DNA of 64,000 nt from a bacterium. GTDB taxonomy: Bacteria; Acidobacteriota; Blastocatellia; HR10. Under the pieces are notes generated by a model. The model saw only the letters and a program-made list of their open reading frames with translations. It was not told the origin of the DNA and made no database searches. The translations under genes and the position numbers were made by a program. Each line of letters opens with the position of its first letter. Within the stretch, counting starts at the first letter, position 1. The stretch is taken from assembly GCA_041640655.1 (NCBI GenBank), contig JBEPZV010000001.1, positions 154,845 to 218,844 on the forward strand, given 5' to 3'. Below, one piece after another: positions 49,392 to 58,805 of this stretch.

Positions 49392-51305
49392 ATGAAAGAG
49401 GATAAGAAAATGAAAGAGGACAAGAAGGAAGAAATCTTTGAGGGGAAATGGTACGCTCACCCCCCAATGCGAAACGCATTGATAGCCGCCGTGCTCGCAG
49501 GCACCGCATTTGGGTTGGCTCATCTTGGGAGTATTCCTTCGCTGGTCGAGACCGCTCTCTATCTGGTGGCCATCCCATTGGGTGGCTACCACTGGGCTCG
49601 CGAAGGGATTGAAGAGTTGATCGAAGAGAACGAGATCGGCATAGAAATCCTGATGCTGGCGGCTACGCTTGGTTCAGCGGTGTTGGGCATGTTGGATGAA
49701 GCCGCCTTCCTGGTCGTCCTCTACGGGGCGGCTGAGGGATTGGAGGAGTACACCTACGCCAGAACCAGGGCTTCCATCAGGAAACTTCTCGACCTCGCTC
49801 CCAAAGAGGCGAGAGTCATCAGGAATGGGGAAGAAATAATCATACCCGCTGAAGAGATAGCTGTCGGAGATGTCTTCGTCGTCCGGCCCGGCGAGTCCAT
49901 CCCAACAGATGGCATTATTGTCAAAGGTCGGTCCAGCATCAATGAGGCTCCTGTGACCGGCGAATCCATCCCGGTTGAAAAGAAAGAGGGAATGAAGGTC
50001 TTTGCCGCTACTATCAATCAAGAAGGAGCGTTGGAGATCAGGGCCACAGCGACGTTTGAAGATAATACCCTCGCCAAAATGGTCCATCTGGTCGAGGAAG
50101 CACAGGAACAAAAGAGCAAGACTCAGCTCTTCATTGAAACGTTTGGGCGGAGATACTCTCCGTTAGTCCTCTTGAGTTCCTTGCTTCTCATCGTCATCCC
50201 TCCTCTGATCGGAGCGTCTTTTTCGGAATGGGCAACAAGGGCGGTGGTCCTTTTAGTCGCCGCTGCCCCTTGTGCTTTGGTGATGTCTACGCCCGTCGCC
50301 ATTGCCGCTGGGATTGGTCGGGCGGGCCGATCTGGCGTGCTGATTAAGGGAGGAATTCATCTCGAAAATCTGGGCAAGATCAAGGCGGTGGCGTTCGATA
50401 AGACAGGAACGCTCACCAGAGGCAAACCCATTGTAACCGACGTGGTGCCCCTGAATGGAGACGAATCTCAACTGCTGGCGTTCGCTTACAGTGTGGAGAG
50501 ATTTTCTGAGCATCCCCTGGCCCAGGCCATTGTGGAAAAGGCGAAAGAATCTCATGTCGAGGCTCTGGAAGCCACCGACTTTAGCGCTCTTGTTGGTTCG
50601 GGCGCGAAGGCCAAGATTGCCGGCAGAACGATTTACGTTGGCAAACCAGGGCTATTTGAAGAGCTGGGTCTGAAGGTCCGGGGCATTCCAGACGCTGAGA
50701 GGCTCAGGGACGAAGGGAAGACGGTGATTCTCGTGGGCACAGAAGAAAGTATTGCAGGGTTCATTGCCATCCGAGATGAGGTGAGACCCCAAGCCAAAGA
50801 GGTCGTAGATCAGCTTCACCGGATGGGTGTGAGAGTCGTCATGCTGACTGGCGACAATGAGGTGACGGCCAAAGCGATTGCTAAGGAACTGGGTATAGAT
50901 GAAGTGAAGGCCGATCTCAAGCCAGAAGATAAGATCAAAGCGGTGGAAGAATTGGAAAAGAAGTATGGGTCTGTGGCGATGGTTGGTGATGGTATCAACG
51001 ATGCGCCGGCATTGGCCAGAGCGACCGTTGGCATAGCTATGGGCGTAGCCGGGACCGATGCCGCCATCGAAGCCGCCGATATTGCTCTTATGGCCGATGA
51101 TCTCACCAAGGTGGTTTATGCGATCAATCTTGGCAAGAGAGCCAGACGGATCAGCTTGCAGAACATTGTCTTTTCGCTCCTCATTCTGGCGGTTCTGATA
51201 CCCTCAGCTCTCATTGGCATCATGACAGTGGCCATTGCGGTTGTGGCGCATGAGGGCTCAGAGCTTTTGGCGGTGGCCAATGGTTTGCGGGTAGCAAGGG
51301 GGTAG
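49392..51305 (+). CDS. heavy-metal translocating P1B-type ATPase (P1B-4-like; APC transmembrane motif, HEG C-terminal motif)
   Basis: [19 protein letters not shown]6 APC, C-terminal HEGSELL, no N-terminal HMA domain. An 18-nt tandem duplication encodes MKEDKK x2 at the N-terminus. Confidence 0.85.
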   Translation: MKEDKKMKEDKKEEIFEGKWYAHPPMRNALIAAVLAGTAFGLAHLGSIPSLVETALYLVAIPLGGYHWAREGIEELIEENEIGIEILMLAATLGSAVLGMLDEAAFLVVLYGAAEGLEEYTYARTRASIRKLLDLAPKEARVIRNGEEIIIPAEEIAVGDVFVVRPGESIPTDGIIVKGRSSINEAPVTGESIPVEKKEGMKVFAATINQEGALEIRATATFEDNTLAKMVHLVEEAQEQKSKTQLFIETFGRRYSPLVLLSSLLLIVIPPLIGASFSEWATRAVVLLVAAAPCALVMSTPVAIAAGIGRAGRSGVLIKGGIHLENLGKIKAVAFDKTGTLTRGKPIVTDVVPLNGDESQLLAFAYSVERFSEHPLAQAIVEKAKESHVEALEATDFSALVGSGAKAKIAGRTIYVGKPGLFEELGLKVRGIPDAERLRDEGKTVILVGTEESIAGFIAIRDEVRPQAKEVVDQLHRMGVRVVMLTGDNEVTAKAIAKELGIDEVKADLKPEDKIKAVEELEKKYGSVAMVGDGINDAPALARATVGIAMGVAGTDAAIEAADIALMADDLTKVVYAINLGKRARRISLQNIVFSLLILAVLIPSALIGIMTVAIAVVAHEGSELLAVANGLRVARG

Positions 51306-51430
51306 AGGCGAACCATGAGTTCAAAGTGCGCATTGACCGCTTCCTGACAGGCAAAGGAACACGCATGCAGGGTTGTTGGACATGGCGGAGATCAAGTCGC
51401 TTTTGTCGCTGGACACTTTCACTTGCCGTC

Positions 51431-51460
51431 TCTAGAATAGTTGAGCAATTGTTCAATTAT
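51431..51460 (+). promoter_or_regulatory. imperfect inverted repeat, putative ArsR/SmtB operator
   Basis: ATAGTTGAGCAATTG / CAATTGTTCAATTAT centred on CAATTG, about 20 nt upstream of the CadC-like gene start. Confidence 0.35.
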
Positions 51461-51475
51461 GATTATGAGGTGAAT

Positions 51476-51874
51476 ATGCCGAAAGCGACTGTCACTAAGA
51501 AGCGAACCAGCGCCCGGCTCCCAGTGCGCGACACGTGCGAGCAAGTTTGCTACGATGCGCCGCTTGTGCGCACGCTCAAGCGAGAGATGCTCGCCGACGA
51601 TACTGTGATGGAACTGGTGGCGACCTTCGAGGTTTTGGCCGACCCAACACGCCTCCGAATTATCTACGCGCTCGGCCGGGGCGAATTGTGCGTGTGCGAC
51701 CTGGCGCATGTGCTGGGGATGAGCTTGTCTGCCACGTCGCACCAACTGCGGCGACTGCGCGATCTTCGGCTGGTCAAGTACCGATACGAGGGCCGGATGG
51801 CCTTCTATTCGCTCGATGACGAGTTCATCAAGAAGATGGTGGAAGATGCGGTGCAGCACGTAGAGAGTGATTGA
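51476..51874 (+). CDS. ArsR/SmtB family metal-sensing repressor (CadC-like)
   Basis: LADPTRLRIIYAL helix-turn-helix and CVCDL metal site; GAGGTG ribosome-binding site. Confidence 0.8.
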   Translation: MPKATVTKKRTSARLPVRDTCEQVCYDAPLVRTLKREMLADDTVMELVATFEVLADPTRLRIIYALGRGELCVCDLAHVLGMSLSATSHQLRRLRDLRLVKYRYEGRMAFYSLDDEFIKKMVEDAVQHVESD

Positions 51875-51875
51875 G

Positions 51876-52994
51876 ATGACGAATCAAGAGCCGATTGAGA
51901 AAATCCGATCCGAACTGCAAGAGGGCATGAGCCTGGCCAAATGCCGGAAGTGTGGATGCATGAAGGAGACCCTGGAAAATCTCGGGACTTCGCTTTCTTC
52001 AATCGAAACTCCGGCTTCTTCAGATTTGCGTCAACAGATCGGAGCCTGGCTAAAGCAAATGGAACCGATCAAGTATGCGTGCCTGGGGTGCGAGTATTGC
52101 TTCCCGGCGGTGGCGATGAATGTTTTTCACCAAGCCTTTCCTGAAGCCGCACAGGGTCCATCGCTAGGGTGCGCCTTTGAAGTGAGAGTGCGAACCTGGC
52201 CCCCTGTGCCAGGGGAATATTTCGCTTTCTGTGATGGCCCAGCTTGTCCAGTCGCCGTCTCCACTCTGGCCAGTGTGGAACTGGCCGAAACGCTGGCCGG
52301 CATAAGACCAAAAGAGCTTTGCATTGTCGGCAAGACAGAGACAGAAAACATCGGCATTGACAAGGTCATCAAGAACACGATCACCAATCCCACGATTCGC
52401 TTTCTTCTGTTGGTGGGGGAAGACCCTCAAGGCCATCAGCCCGGCAGGACATTTCTTGCTCTGTCGAAAAATGGTGTTGATGAGAACGGGCGGGTGATAG
52501 GCTCTCCTGGCAAGCGCCCTATTTTAAGAAACGTGACCCCTGAAGAGGTGGAAACCTTTCGGAAACAGGTGCGGGTTGTGGACCTAATTGGATGTGAAGA
52601 TGTGAAGACCATCATTGAGAAACTCAAAGAACTCTCACAGAGTCTCAGCCTGTCCTGCAACTGTGCGGAGTCCACTAAGGAAACCATGCCTGTTCAGAAT
52701 TCCACCGTGCCAGTCATTCAGGCAGAAGAGCCCACGAAAGTTGAGATGGATAAGGCCGGCTATTTCGTGATCATTCCACAGCCAGAGAAGGGGATCATCG
52801 CGGTAGAACATTACTCTTACGACAACCGGCTTTTAAGAGTCATTGAGGGCAAGAATGCCAGAAGCATCTCCTGGACAATCATTGAAAACGGTTGGGTGAC
52901 GCAGCTCTCTCACGCCGCTTATCTCGGAAGGGAATTGGCTAAGGCAGAACTTTCAATGAGACTGAGATTCAAATACATTCAGGACGGAGCATAA
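51876..52994 (+). CDS. MtrA-like (tetrahydromethanopterin S-methyltransferase subunit A family) corrinoid-type protein with N-terminal Cys-rich domain and DUF4346-like C-terminus
   Basis: N-terminal CRKCGC...CLGCEYC cluster; central region resembles bacterial MtrA homologs; family assignment by eye only. Confidence 0.45.
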   Translation: MTNQEPIEKIRSELQEGMSLAKCRKCGCMKETLENLGTSLSSIETPASSDLRQQIGAWLKQMEPIKYACLGCEYCFPAVAMNVFHQAFPEAAQGPSLGCAFEVRVRTWPPVPGEYFAFCDGPACPVAVSTLASVELAETLAGIRPKELCIVGKTETENIGIDKVIKNTITNPTIRFLLLVGEDPQGHQPGRTFLALSKNGVDENGRVIGSPGKRPILRNVTPEEVETFRKQVRVVDLIGCEDVKTIIEKLKELSQSLSLSCNCAESTKETMPVQNSTVPVIQAEEPTKVEMDKAGYFVIIPQPEKGIIAVEHYSYDNRLLRVIEGKNARSISWTIIENGWVTQLSHAAYLGRELAKAELSMRLRFKYIQDGA

Positions 52995-52999
52995 AAACG

Positions 53000-53686
53000 A
53001 TGGAAAGGGGAACTTCAACCATAGTGAAACAAGTTTTGGACGCGCAGCGCCAACATTGGGAAAATACATTTTCAAAGAAGCCTGATATGTTTGGGAGCGA
53101 GCCCAGTGATTGCGCTCGAAAAGCAGCAGAGCTATTCAAAAAAGAAGGTCAAACCAAGATTCTCGAACTCGGAGGCGGACAGGGGCGAGATACCATCTTC
53201 TTTGCTCAAAGTGGTTTTCACGTTCACGTACTTGATTATTCTGGGAACGCAGTTGAAGCCATCACCCAAAAAGCCCGAGCATTGGGCTTGTCTCAGTCCG
53301 TCAGAGCGATATGTCACGATGTTAGAGAACCCCTCCCCTTCGATAATGAATCTTTCGATGGTTGCTATTCGCATATGTTGTATTGTATGGCGCTCACAAC
53401 TTCGGAGCTCGAATTTCTTTCAGACGAAGTCAGGCGGGTATTAAAACCAGGTGGACTCAACATTTACACAGTTAGGCATACAGGTGACCCCCATTATGGA
53501 ACAGGCATTCATCGAGGGGAGGGTATGTATGAGGTTGACGGATTTATTGTGCATTTTTTTAGTAAAGAAAAAGTACAACATTTAGCCAAAGGATATGAAA
53601 TCGTTGGCGTTGATGAATTTGAAGAAGGTGGACTTCCCAGAAAACTATTCCGAGTAACACTGAGAAAGAAAGGAGGCGAATCATGA
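53000..53686 (+). CDS. class I SAM-dependent methyltransferase (TehB/thiopurine-MT-like)
   Basis: ILELGGGQGRD motif I, acidic motif II VLDYS, 228 aa, several Cys. Confidence 0.75.
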   Translation: MERGTSTIVKQVLDAQRQHWENTFSKKPDMFGSEPSDCARKAAELFKKEGQTKILELGGGQGRDTIFFAQSGFHVHVLDYSGNAVEAITQKARALGLSQSVRAICHDVREPLPFDNESFDGCYSHMLYCMALTTSELEFLSDEVRRVLKPGGLNIYTVRHTGDPHYGTGIHRGEGMYEVDGFIVHFFSKEKVQHLAKGYEIVGVDEFEEGGLPRKLFRVTLRKKGGES

Positions 53687-54189
53687 CGAAGACAAAACTT
53701 GCAGTGCTCACTACCGCCTGCTTAATCTTAGGTGGCATTTGGCTGTCCAGTTATGCTCAACAGAGCGAAGTGCACAAAAAAGCAACGGAAGGACAGTCTC
53801 AAATGCAAATGGGACCGGAGATGATGCAGCAAATGATGAAGGACATGGGCAACAATCCTATGATGGCCCAATGCCAGCACATGATGCGCACCGTCATCTA
53901 TCCCGATAGTGCATCGAGCATCCTTGCCTTGAAGGAACAACTTGACCTTTCCGAAAAGCAGACGAAAGAGCTCATAGCCATTCAGGAAAAGGCCAATGCC
54001 GAGGCAAAGAGAGTCCTTACCGAGGAGCAGGGTAAGAAGTTTGAAGCGCTGACCAAAGACTGGAAGCCACAATCCATGATGCAATGCATGCAAACCATGA
54101 TGTCTCAGATGCAGAAGATGATGGGAGGCCAGATGCCTGCCTGTCCTATGATGCAAATGATGCAAGGAAAGGAGCGACGAACAAAGTAA
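53683..54189 (+). CDS. periplasmic Met-rich LTXXQ-motif protein (Spy/CpxP/ZraP-like)
   Basis: Signal peptide; MxxM-rich N- and C-terminal tracts (MQMGPEMMQQMMKDM, MMQCMQTMMSQMQKMM); central LSEKQ...LTEEQ helices. Confidence 0.6.
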   Translation: MTKTKLAVLTTACLILGGIWLSSYAQQSEVHKKATEGQSQMQMGPEMMQQMMKDMGNNPMMAQCQHMMRTVIYPDSASSILALKEQLDLSEKQTKELIAIQEKANAEAKRVLTEEQGKKFEALTKDWKPQSMMQCMQTMMSQMQKMMGGQMPACPMMQMMQGKERRTK

Positions 54190-54302
54190 CGGGACAAAAG
54201 TTCGGGGCGCTTTTTGCTGGTGCCTTGACAGCTATTCAAGAGCGTTCCTTTGGTTTAAAAGTGTTCCCGAACTTTTGTCCACCTACTAAGGAGCATTGAA
54301 TC

Positions 54303-54728
54303 ATGAAGCGAGTCATCCTCGTGCTGATCATTGTGGCTGTAGCCGCCGTCGTGACCGTGAAGCTGGTAAGCAGAAAGCAAAAGCCTCAACCGCCATCGGC
54401 AGTGGTGACCGCACCATCATCGGCCAGCACCCAAGGCAAGCCAATTCTTTATCTGTTTCACGATCCGTCTGATCAGGATGCCGGTTGTCGGCGCATTTAC
54501 GCCTATCTGGATCAGGCCGAGAGAGAACTGGCTGGGCAAGTGGAAGTGCGGCGGCCGGATGTTGAGCGTGAGAAGAATCTTGTCGAGCAGTTTCAGGTGC
54601 GGGTGCTGCCGACGGTCTTGCTCGTATCGCCAACCGGTGCTGTTGAGCAACGCTTTGAAGGTGAGGACAGTTCAACCGCCGAGCACATCGAGCAGGCGCT
54701 CGAACGATTGAAAGGGATGCCACAGTGA
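54303..54728 (+). CDS. membrane-anchored thioredoxin-fold protein
   Basis: N-terminal TM followed by a thioredoxin-like fold; paired with the CcdA gene by ATGA overlap. Confidence 0.45.
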   Translation: MKRVILVLIIVAVAAVVTVKLVSRKQKPQPPSAVVTAPSSASTQGKPILYLFHDPSDQDAGCRRIYAYLDQAERELAGQVEVRRPDVEREKNLVEQFQVRVLPTVLLVSPTGAVEQRFEGEDSSTAEHIEQALERLKGMPQ

Positions 54729-55384
54729 ATCCACCGAACATTGAAGAGATTTCTTTGACAGCTTTTGTGCTGACCTTTATGGGCGGGATCGTGACCGGCT
54801 TCAATCCCTGCTGCTATACGATGGTCCCAGCACTGGTTGGCTACCTGAGCGGGTACTGTGAGCCATCGGTGAAGCGATGCGCGTGGCTGTCGGGCTGGTT
54901 TGCCATCGGGCTTGCTACGGCCACTGCGATGTTGGGATTAATCGCTGTGCTTGCTGGTGGAATATTCGGCGGCGTGCATCCAGCGGTGCGTTATCTTCTC
55001 GCCGTGATACCGATTGTAATGGGTTTGCACCTGTTGGGGATTATCAATATCAAAGTGCCAGCGGTTCGCCATTGGCGGCCTATCCGCTCTGGTACACTCG
55101 GCGCGTATCTCACCGGCTTGCTATTTTCTCTGGCGATCCTTCCTTGTGCTACTCCTATTTTGGCTTCAATTCTCGCGTATACTGCCAGTCATGGCAGTGT
55201 GCTTTATGGCTCAGCATTGCTCTTCATCTATGGCACAGGAATCGGTGTGCCAATTGTACTTGTCGGTACAAGCCTCGGCATTCTTTCATCACTGCGACTA
55301 CTGGCTTGCTGGTGGTCGGTGGTTCACCGCCTCAGCGGCGTAATCCTCATTGGGCTGGGCTTCTACTTGCTCTGGCAAGCATAA
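54725..55384 (+). CDS. ccdA: cytochrome c biogenesis protein CcdA / DsbD transmembrane-domain family
   Basis: Six TMs, conserved Cys pair (FNPCC...C); 219 aa. Confidence 0.8.
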   Translation: MNPPNIEEISLTAFVLTFMGGIVTGFNPCCYTMVPALVGYLSGYCEPSVKRCAWLSGWFAIGLATATAMLGLIAVLAGGIFGGVHPAVRYLLAVIPIVMGLHLLGIINIKVPAVRHWRPIRSGTLGAYLTGLLFSLAILPCATPILASILAYTASHGSVLYGSALLFIYGTGIGVPIVLVGTSLGILSSLRLLACWWSVVHRLSGVILIGLGFYLLWQA

Positions 55385-55611
55385 TTCGCTATGGACCACA
55401 AAGAAAAAAGCTGGTCGTTCCAGGCAATAGCCACACTCACCACAACGCCAGCGGGCAGACGGTCAAAGACCTTGTCTGGGGGAACCCTTTGAAGAAATGG
55501 CTCGACATGATGCGCCAATTCTGGGCGAGATTTGTCCTGACGGCTCCGATTCTCCACATCCACTGGCCCGATGAGTTGACCATCTCCCAAGTATCGCTCT
55601 AACGTCGTATC

Positions 55612-56688
55612 GTGGGGCAGCTCGCCGCCTATACGCTCTTTCTGTTTAATGGTCGTCTGGCCTTCCAACTGGCGGACGCTGTGGGAACCGGATTTACCAA
55701 CTACATCTCGAACGCCTCGGTGAATGATGGGCAGTGGCATCATGTTGCGGCGACGGTTCAGCGAACGAGCGGGCCCCCCATGCTCACGCTCTACGTGGAT
55801 GGCATGTCAGTTCTCACCAATCCGAATCCGAGAATGGGCAATCTGACGAACACGAATCCATTATGGATCGGACGGCGGCATCCTGTTCCTGGCGCTACGA
55901 CGGACCGGTTCTTCGTCGGAGACATTGACGAAGTGGAACTCTTCAACCGGGCGCTGACTCAGCAAGAGATTCAAGCCATCGTCCAGGCGGGCGCGGCGGG
56001 CAAATGCAAGGGGTGCATCGAAGGCATGAAGTGGAACGATGCCAACGGCAACGGTGTGAAAGATCCCAATGAGTCAGGGCTGTCGGGCTGGACGATTCAG
56101 CTCAGCGGTCCTTCTGGTGTGATTGCCACGACCACCGGCACCGGCGGCACCTATCGCTTCTGCGGATTGCCGCCGGGCACCTACACGGTGGCAGAAGTGT
56201 TAGTGTTGCAGCCTTTCTGGGTGCGCACGTTCCCGCCGCCACCGGGCACGCACACGGTCACGCTCGGCGTCAATCAGACGGTGTCCAACATCAACTTCGG
56301 CAATCGGCGGGTGATCGTTCTGCCTGATTTCGTGGTGAAGAATCTGCGCGTGCTGCCGCCCGTGATTCCGCGGGGAGGGACGGCCATTGTTTCGTTTGAC
56401 ATCGTCAATCAAGGTGAAGGGGAAGCCGGTCCGGCGACCCATCAGGTGCGGCTCTTCATCCGGCGTCCCGGTCTTCCCGACCTTGATGTGTTGCTCGCCA
56501 CGGTGGCGACGGGAACGCTGGCTGCCGGCGGCTCGCAATCGTTCACCGTGGCGATCCGGTTGCCGCAAGAGGTTCCGACCGGCACGGCCCTGATTCGCGT
56601 CCTGGCCGATGCAGGGAGAACGGTCAACGAGTCGAACGAGGAGAACAACGTGGCCGAAGTTCAGATCACCATCACCGGAGGACCGTAG
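55612..56688 (+). CDS. LamG-like / Cna-B / CARDB domain surface protein, N-terminally truncated fragment
   Basis: Begins inside a concanavalin-like domain (no signal peptide or start context); an out-of-frame LamG-like stretch lies upstream at 55400-55600; sits at the GC transition. Confidence 0.45.
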   Translation: MGQLAAYTLFLFNGRLAFQLADAVGTGFTNYISNASVNDGQWHHVAATVQRTSGPPMLTLYVDGMSVLTNPNPRMGNLTNTNPLWIGRRHPVPGATTDRFFVGDIDEVELFNRALTQQEIQAIVQAGAAGKCKGCIEGMKWNDANGNGVKDPNESGLSGWTIQLSGPSGVIATTTGTGGTYRFCGLPPGTYTVAEVLVLQPFWVRTFPPPPGTHTVTLGVNQTVSNINFGNRRVIVLPDFVVKNLRVLPPVIPRGGTAIVSFDIVNQGEGEAGPATHQVRLFIRRPGLPDLDVLLATVATGTLAAGGSQSFTVAIRLPQEVPTGTALIRVLADAGRTVNESNEENNVAEVQITITGGP

Positions 56689-56722
56689 TTGGGAAAATCA
56701 TTCCGTACGGGCGACGGTCTCC

Positions 56723-56750
56723 GGCCGTCCCCCATCGGCGGGGGGGACGG
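56723..56750 (+). terminator. GC-rich stem-loop downstream of the LamG/CARDB fragment
   Basis: GCCGTCCCCC-atcggcgg-GGGGGACGGC; 10-bp stem, no U-tract. Confidence 0.25.
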
Positions 56751-57313
56751 CGAGACCTCCGTACAGCGGCCCGCGCTCTTAACAGGGAAGCGGAATTGTG
56801 GGATCGTTCAAATCCCACCTGCTCTCTCAACGCCTTGCGGGGCGCCCCACGGGGACCCTCTCTGACGACGGAACTCTACGCCTCATTCGCAGCGAAGACT
56901 CTCTCCGCCGCCTCTGTAGCTCGGATTGCGGCGCCGGCATCCGACCGGCTCGGCGCGAATCCTGGGGAAAGGCCAGGCTCATCTCGCCGCCCGTCCGGCT
57001 AAAGGTGAGGGACGTTTTGTCCACATCACCGGGAGCATCAAAGTCGGGAGCGTATCGGCGACGCCGCTGCCTGGCGGTGATTCGAGACGGGCGACCGGCC
57101 GGATCCTCACCGAACCTTCGGATCCAGGAAGGCCAGCCGATTGTCTGCGGCGATCACCGCCAGTCGCCCCGTGGACGAGCGGGTGAGGGAAACGGCCGCC
57201 CCCCCCGTGCTCACCCGATCCCGCTCCTTCCCCTCCAGATCGTAGGTCACGACCGCTCCGTTCACGAGAAAACAGCGTGACGCGCGGATCTCGCATTCGT
57301 TTGAGGCCACGCC

Positions 57314-58156
57314 TCAAAAGTGATAACTCAAGCCGAAGACGCCGTGATGGGAGCGAAGGAGCGCTTCGGCGTGACCAGCGAAGATTGCGCCGCGCTGCCG
57401 CGTGCGCGTGAATTTGTATTCGCTGAGCACGTAGAGGCCGCGCCAGAGGTGAACCTCCCCGCCGACAGCCCACTGCCACGCGAGGCGTCCCCACTGGTAC
57501 TGCTCCTGCTCATGGCCCTCGATGGTGCTCTCCGTATGCGGGATTGTGGGGCCGAGGCCAAATCGCGTGGTCACCATCAGGGGGCTTCGACGGGCATCGG
57601 CGCGTTGACCGAGCGGCGCGCGGGCGACGACGTTCAGGAGCAGGAGGTTCGCTCCATGAGAGATCGCGTAGCGCTGGACGATCTCCGAGAGCGCGAGTTC
57701 TCGCTCCAGTCGCGCGCCGCGATGCAACCCGGCCACGCGCACGCGCTGTTGCGGATCGGCGTAGACTTTCATGTGGATGAACTCGGCTTCAAAGCCGAAG
57801 AACCGGAGGCGTCCGGGAAAGTAGCCTCCCCGAACGCCATAATAAAGCGGCGGATCGAAGGAACGGCCTTCGAAGCGAACCCCCTCGAAATCGAGCTCGG
57901 TCTTCAGCGTCGGTTGCCGGATGCGCAATCTGGACGGGGTCGTGTGCGCGCCTCCGAGATAAAGGGCGATGACCCAGCGGCTGCGCTCCGGGCGAGGGGA
58001 TTGGCTGCCGTCGCGGGCTGGAAACGTCGGTCCGAGTGGGTTCGAGCCCGTTGCTTCATGGGGGGACTGGGTTTGGTGCGTTGCTTGAGCGAATGCGGTG
58101 GGGAAGGTCGGCGCGAGCGCGAGCAAGGCGGTGAGCGCGAGCCGTTCGATCTTCAT
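57314..58156 (-). CDS. outer-membrane beta-barrel protein (signal peptide)
   Basis: ATG 58156 after GGAGGAAG; signal MKIERLALTALLALAPTFPTAFAQA; alternating amphipathic strands; C-terminal aromatic residue (YHF). Confidence 0.5.
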   Translation of the reverse strand: MKIERLALTALLALAPTFPTAFAQATHQTQSPHEATGSNPLGPTFPARDGSQSPRPERSRWVIALYLGGAHTTPSRLRIRQPTLKTELDFEGVRFEGRSFDPPLYYGVRGGYFPGRLRFFGFEAEFIHMKVYADPQQRVRVAGLHRGARLERELALSEIVQRYAISHGANLLLLNVVARAPLGQRADARRSPLMVTTRFGLGPTIPHTESTIEGHEQEQYQWGRLAWQWAVGGEVHLWRGLYVLSEYKFTRTRQRGAIFAGHAEALLRSHHGVFGLSYHF

Positions 58157-58805
58157 GGCGCTTCCTCCGTTCGCCGAGCTCACCCACATTGTGCCACGAG
58201 TAGCGGTGTTTGTGAACTGAGCAGGCGAACCGCTGTCGGTGTGCGCCGGATGCGAATCGGAGACGACGCGAACGGACCGAAGGAGGGACACCCTGTTGTG
58301 AGAACGGCGCAGCCAGAATCCGGGAGCGTCAATGGCGGATACTTCGAGCTTGCCGAACTTCGAGATCCTCCGCGAGCGGCTGGCTCGGGAACTGATCCTC
58401 TGCCTCAGTCTGGACCATTTGACGCTCTGGACTGCCTGAGAGGGGGATCGCGAGCGGTGGAGGGGCCAGCTCGTGGCTGAACTGCGCACCGATGACTTGT
58501 CGTGATGGATGCGGAGCTGGCACGTGTGAAGAAGAGAACCGCAAGCGACATCGGGTGATCAATGGAGGGGGAGCGGAGCCTGGGGAGAGGTGCTCGGTCT
58601 CAGGAAGCCCATTGAGTCCGATAATTCGACGAGGACCGAGCGTCTGGCGAGGGCTCGGTCGTCGTTGTTTTGTTTGTTTGCGGTGTCCGCTTCCACGCCA
58701 TTTCATGTGAAGGAGGCGTGGCTTATCCCGGGCGTGTTTCGGCGCTTGAGGCGTGTGGCCTCGTCGTGTATAGTGTTGGTGATTGGGCGGAGGTCATGTG
58801 GCACT

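Noticed and set aside
56798-57494. Short overlapping ORFs between the CARDB fragment and the outer-membrane protein, including a beta-propeller-like peptide at 57107..57310 (minus)
   Set aside because: Fragments below 70 aa without start context. Possibly a further gene remnant but unsupported.
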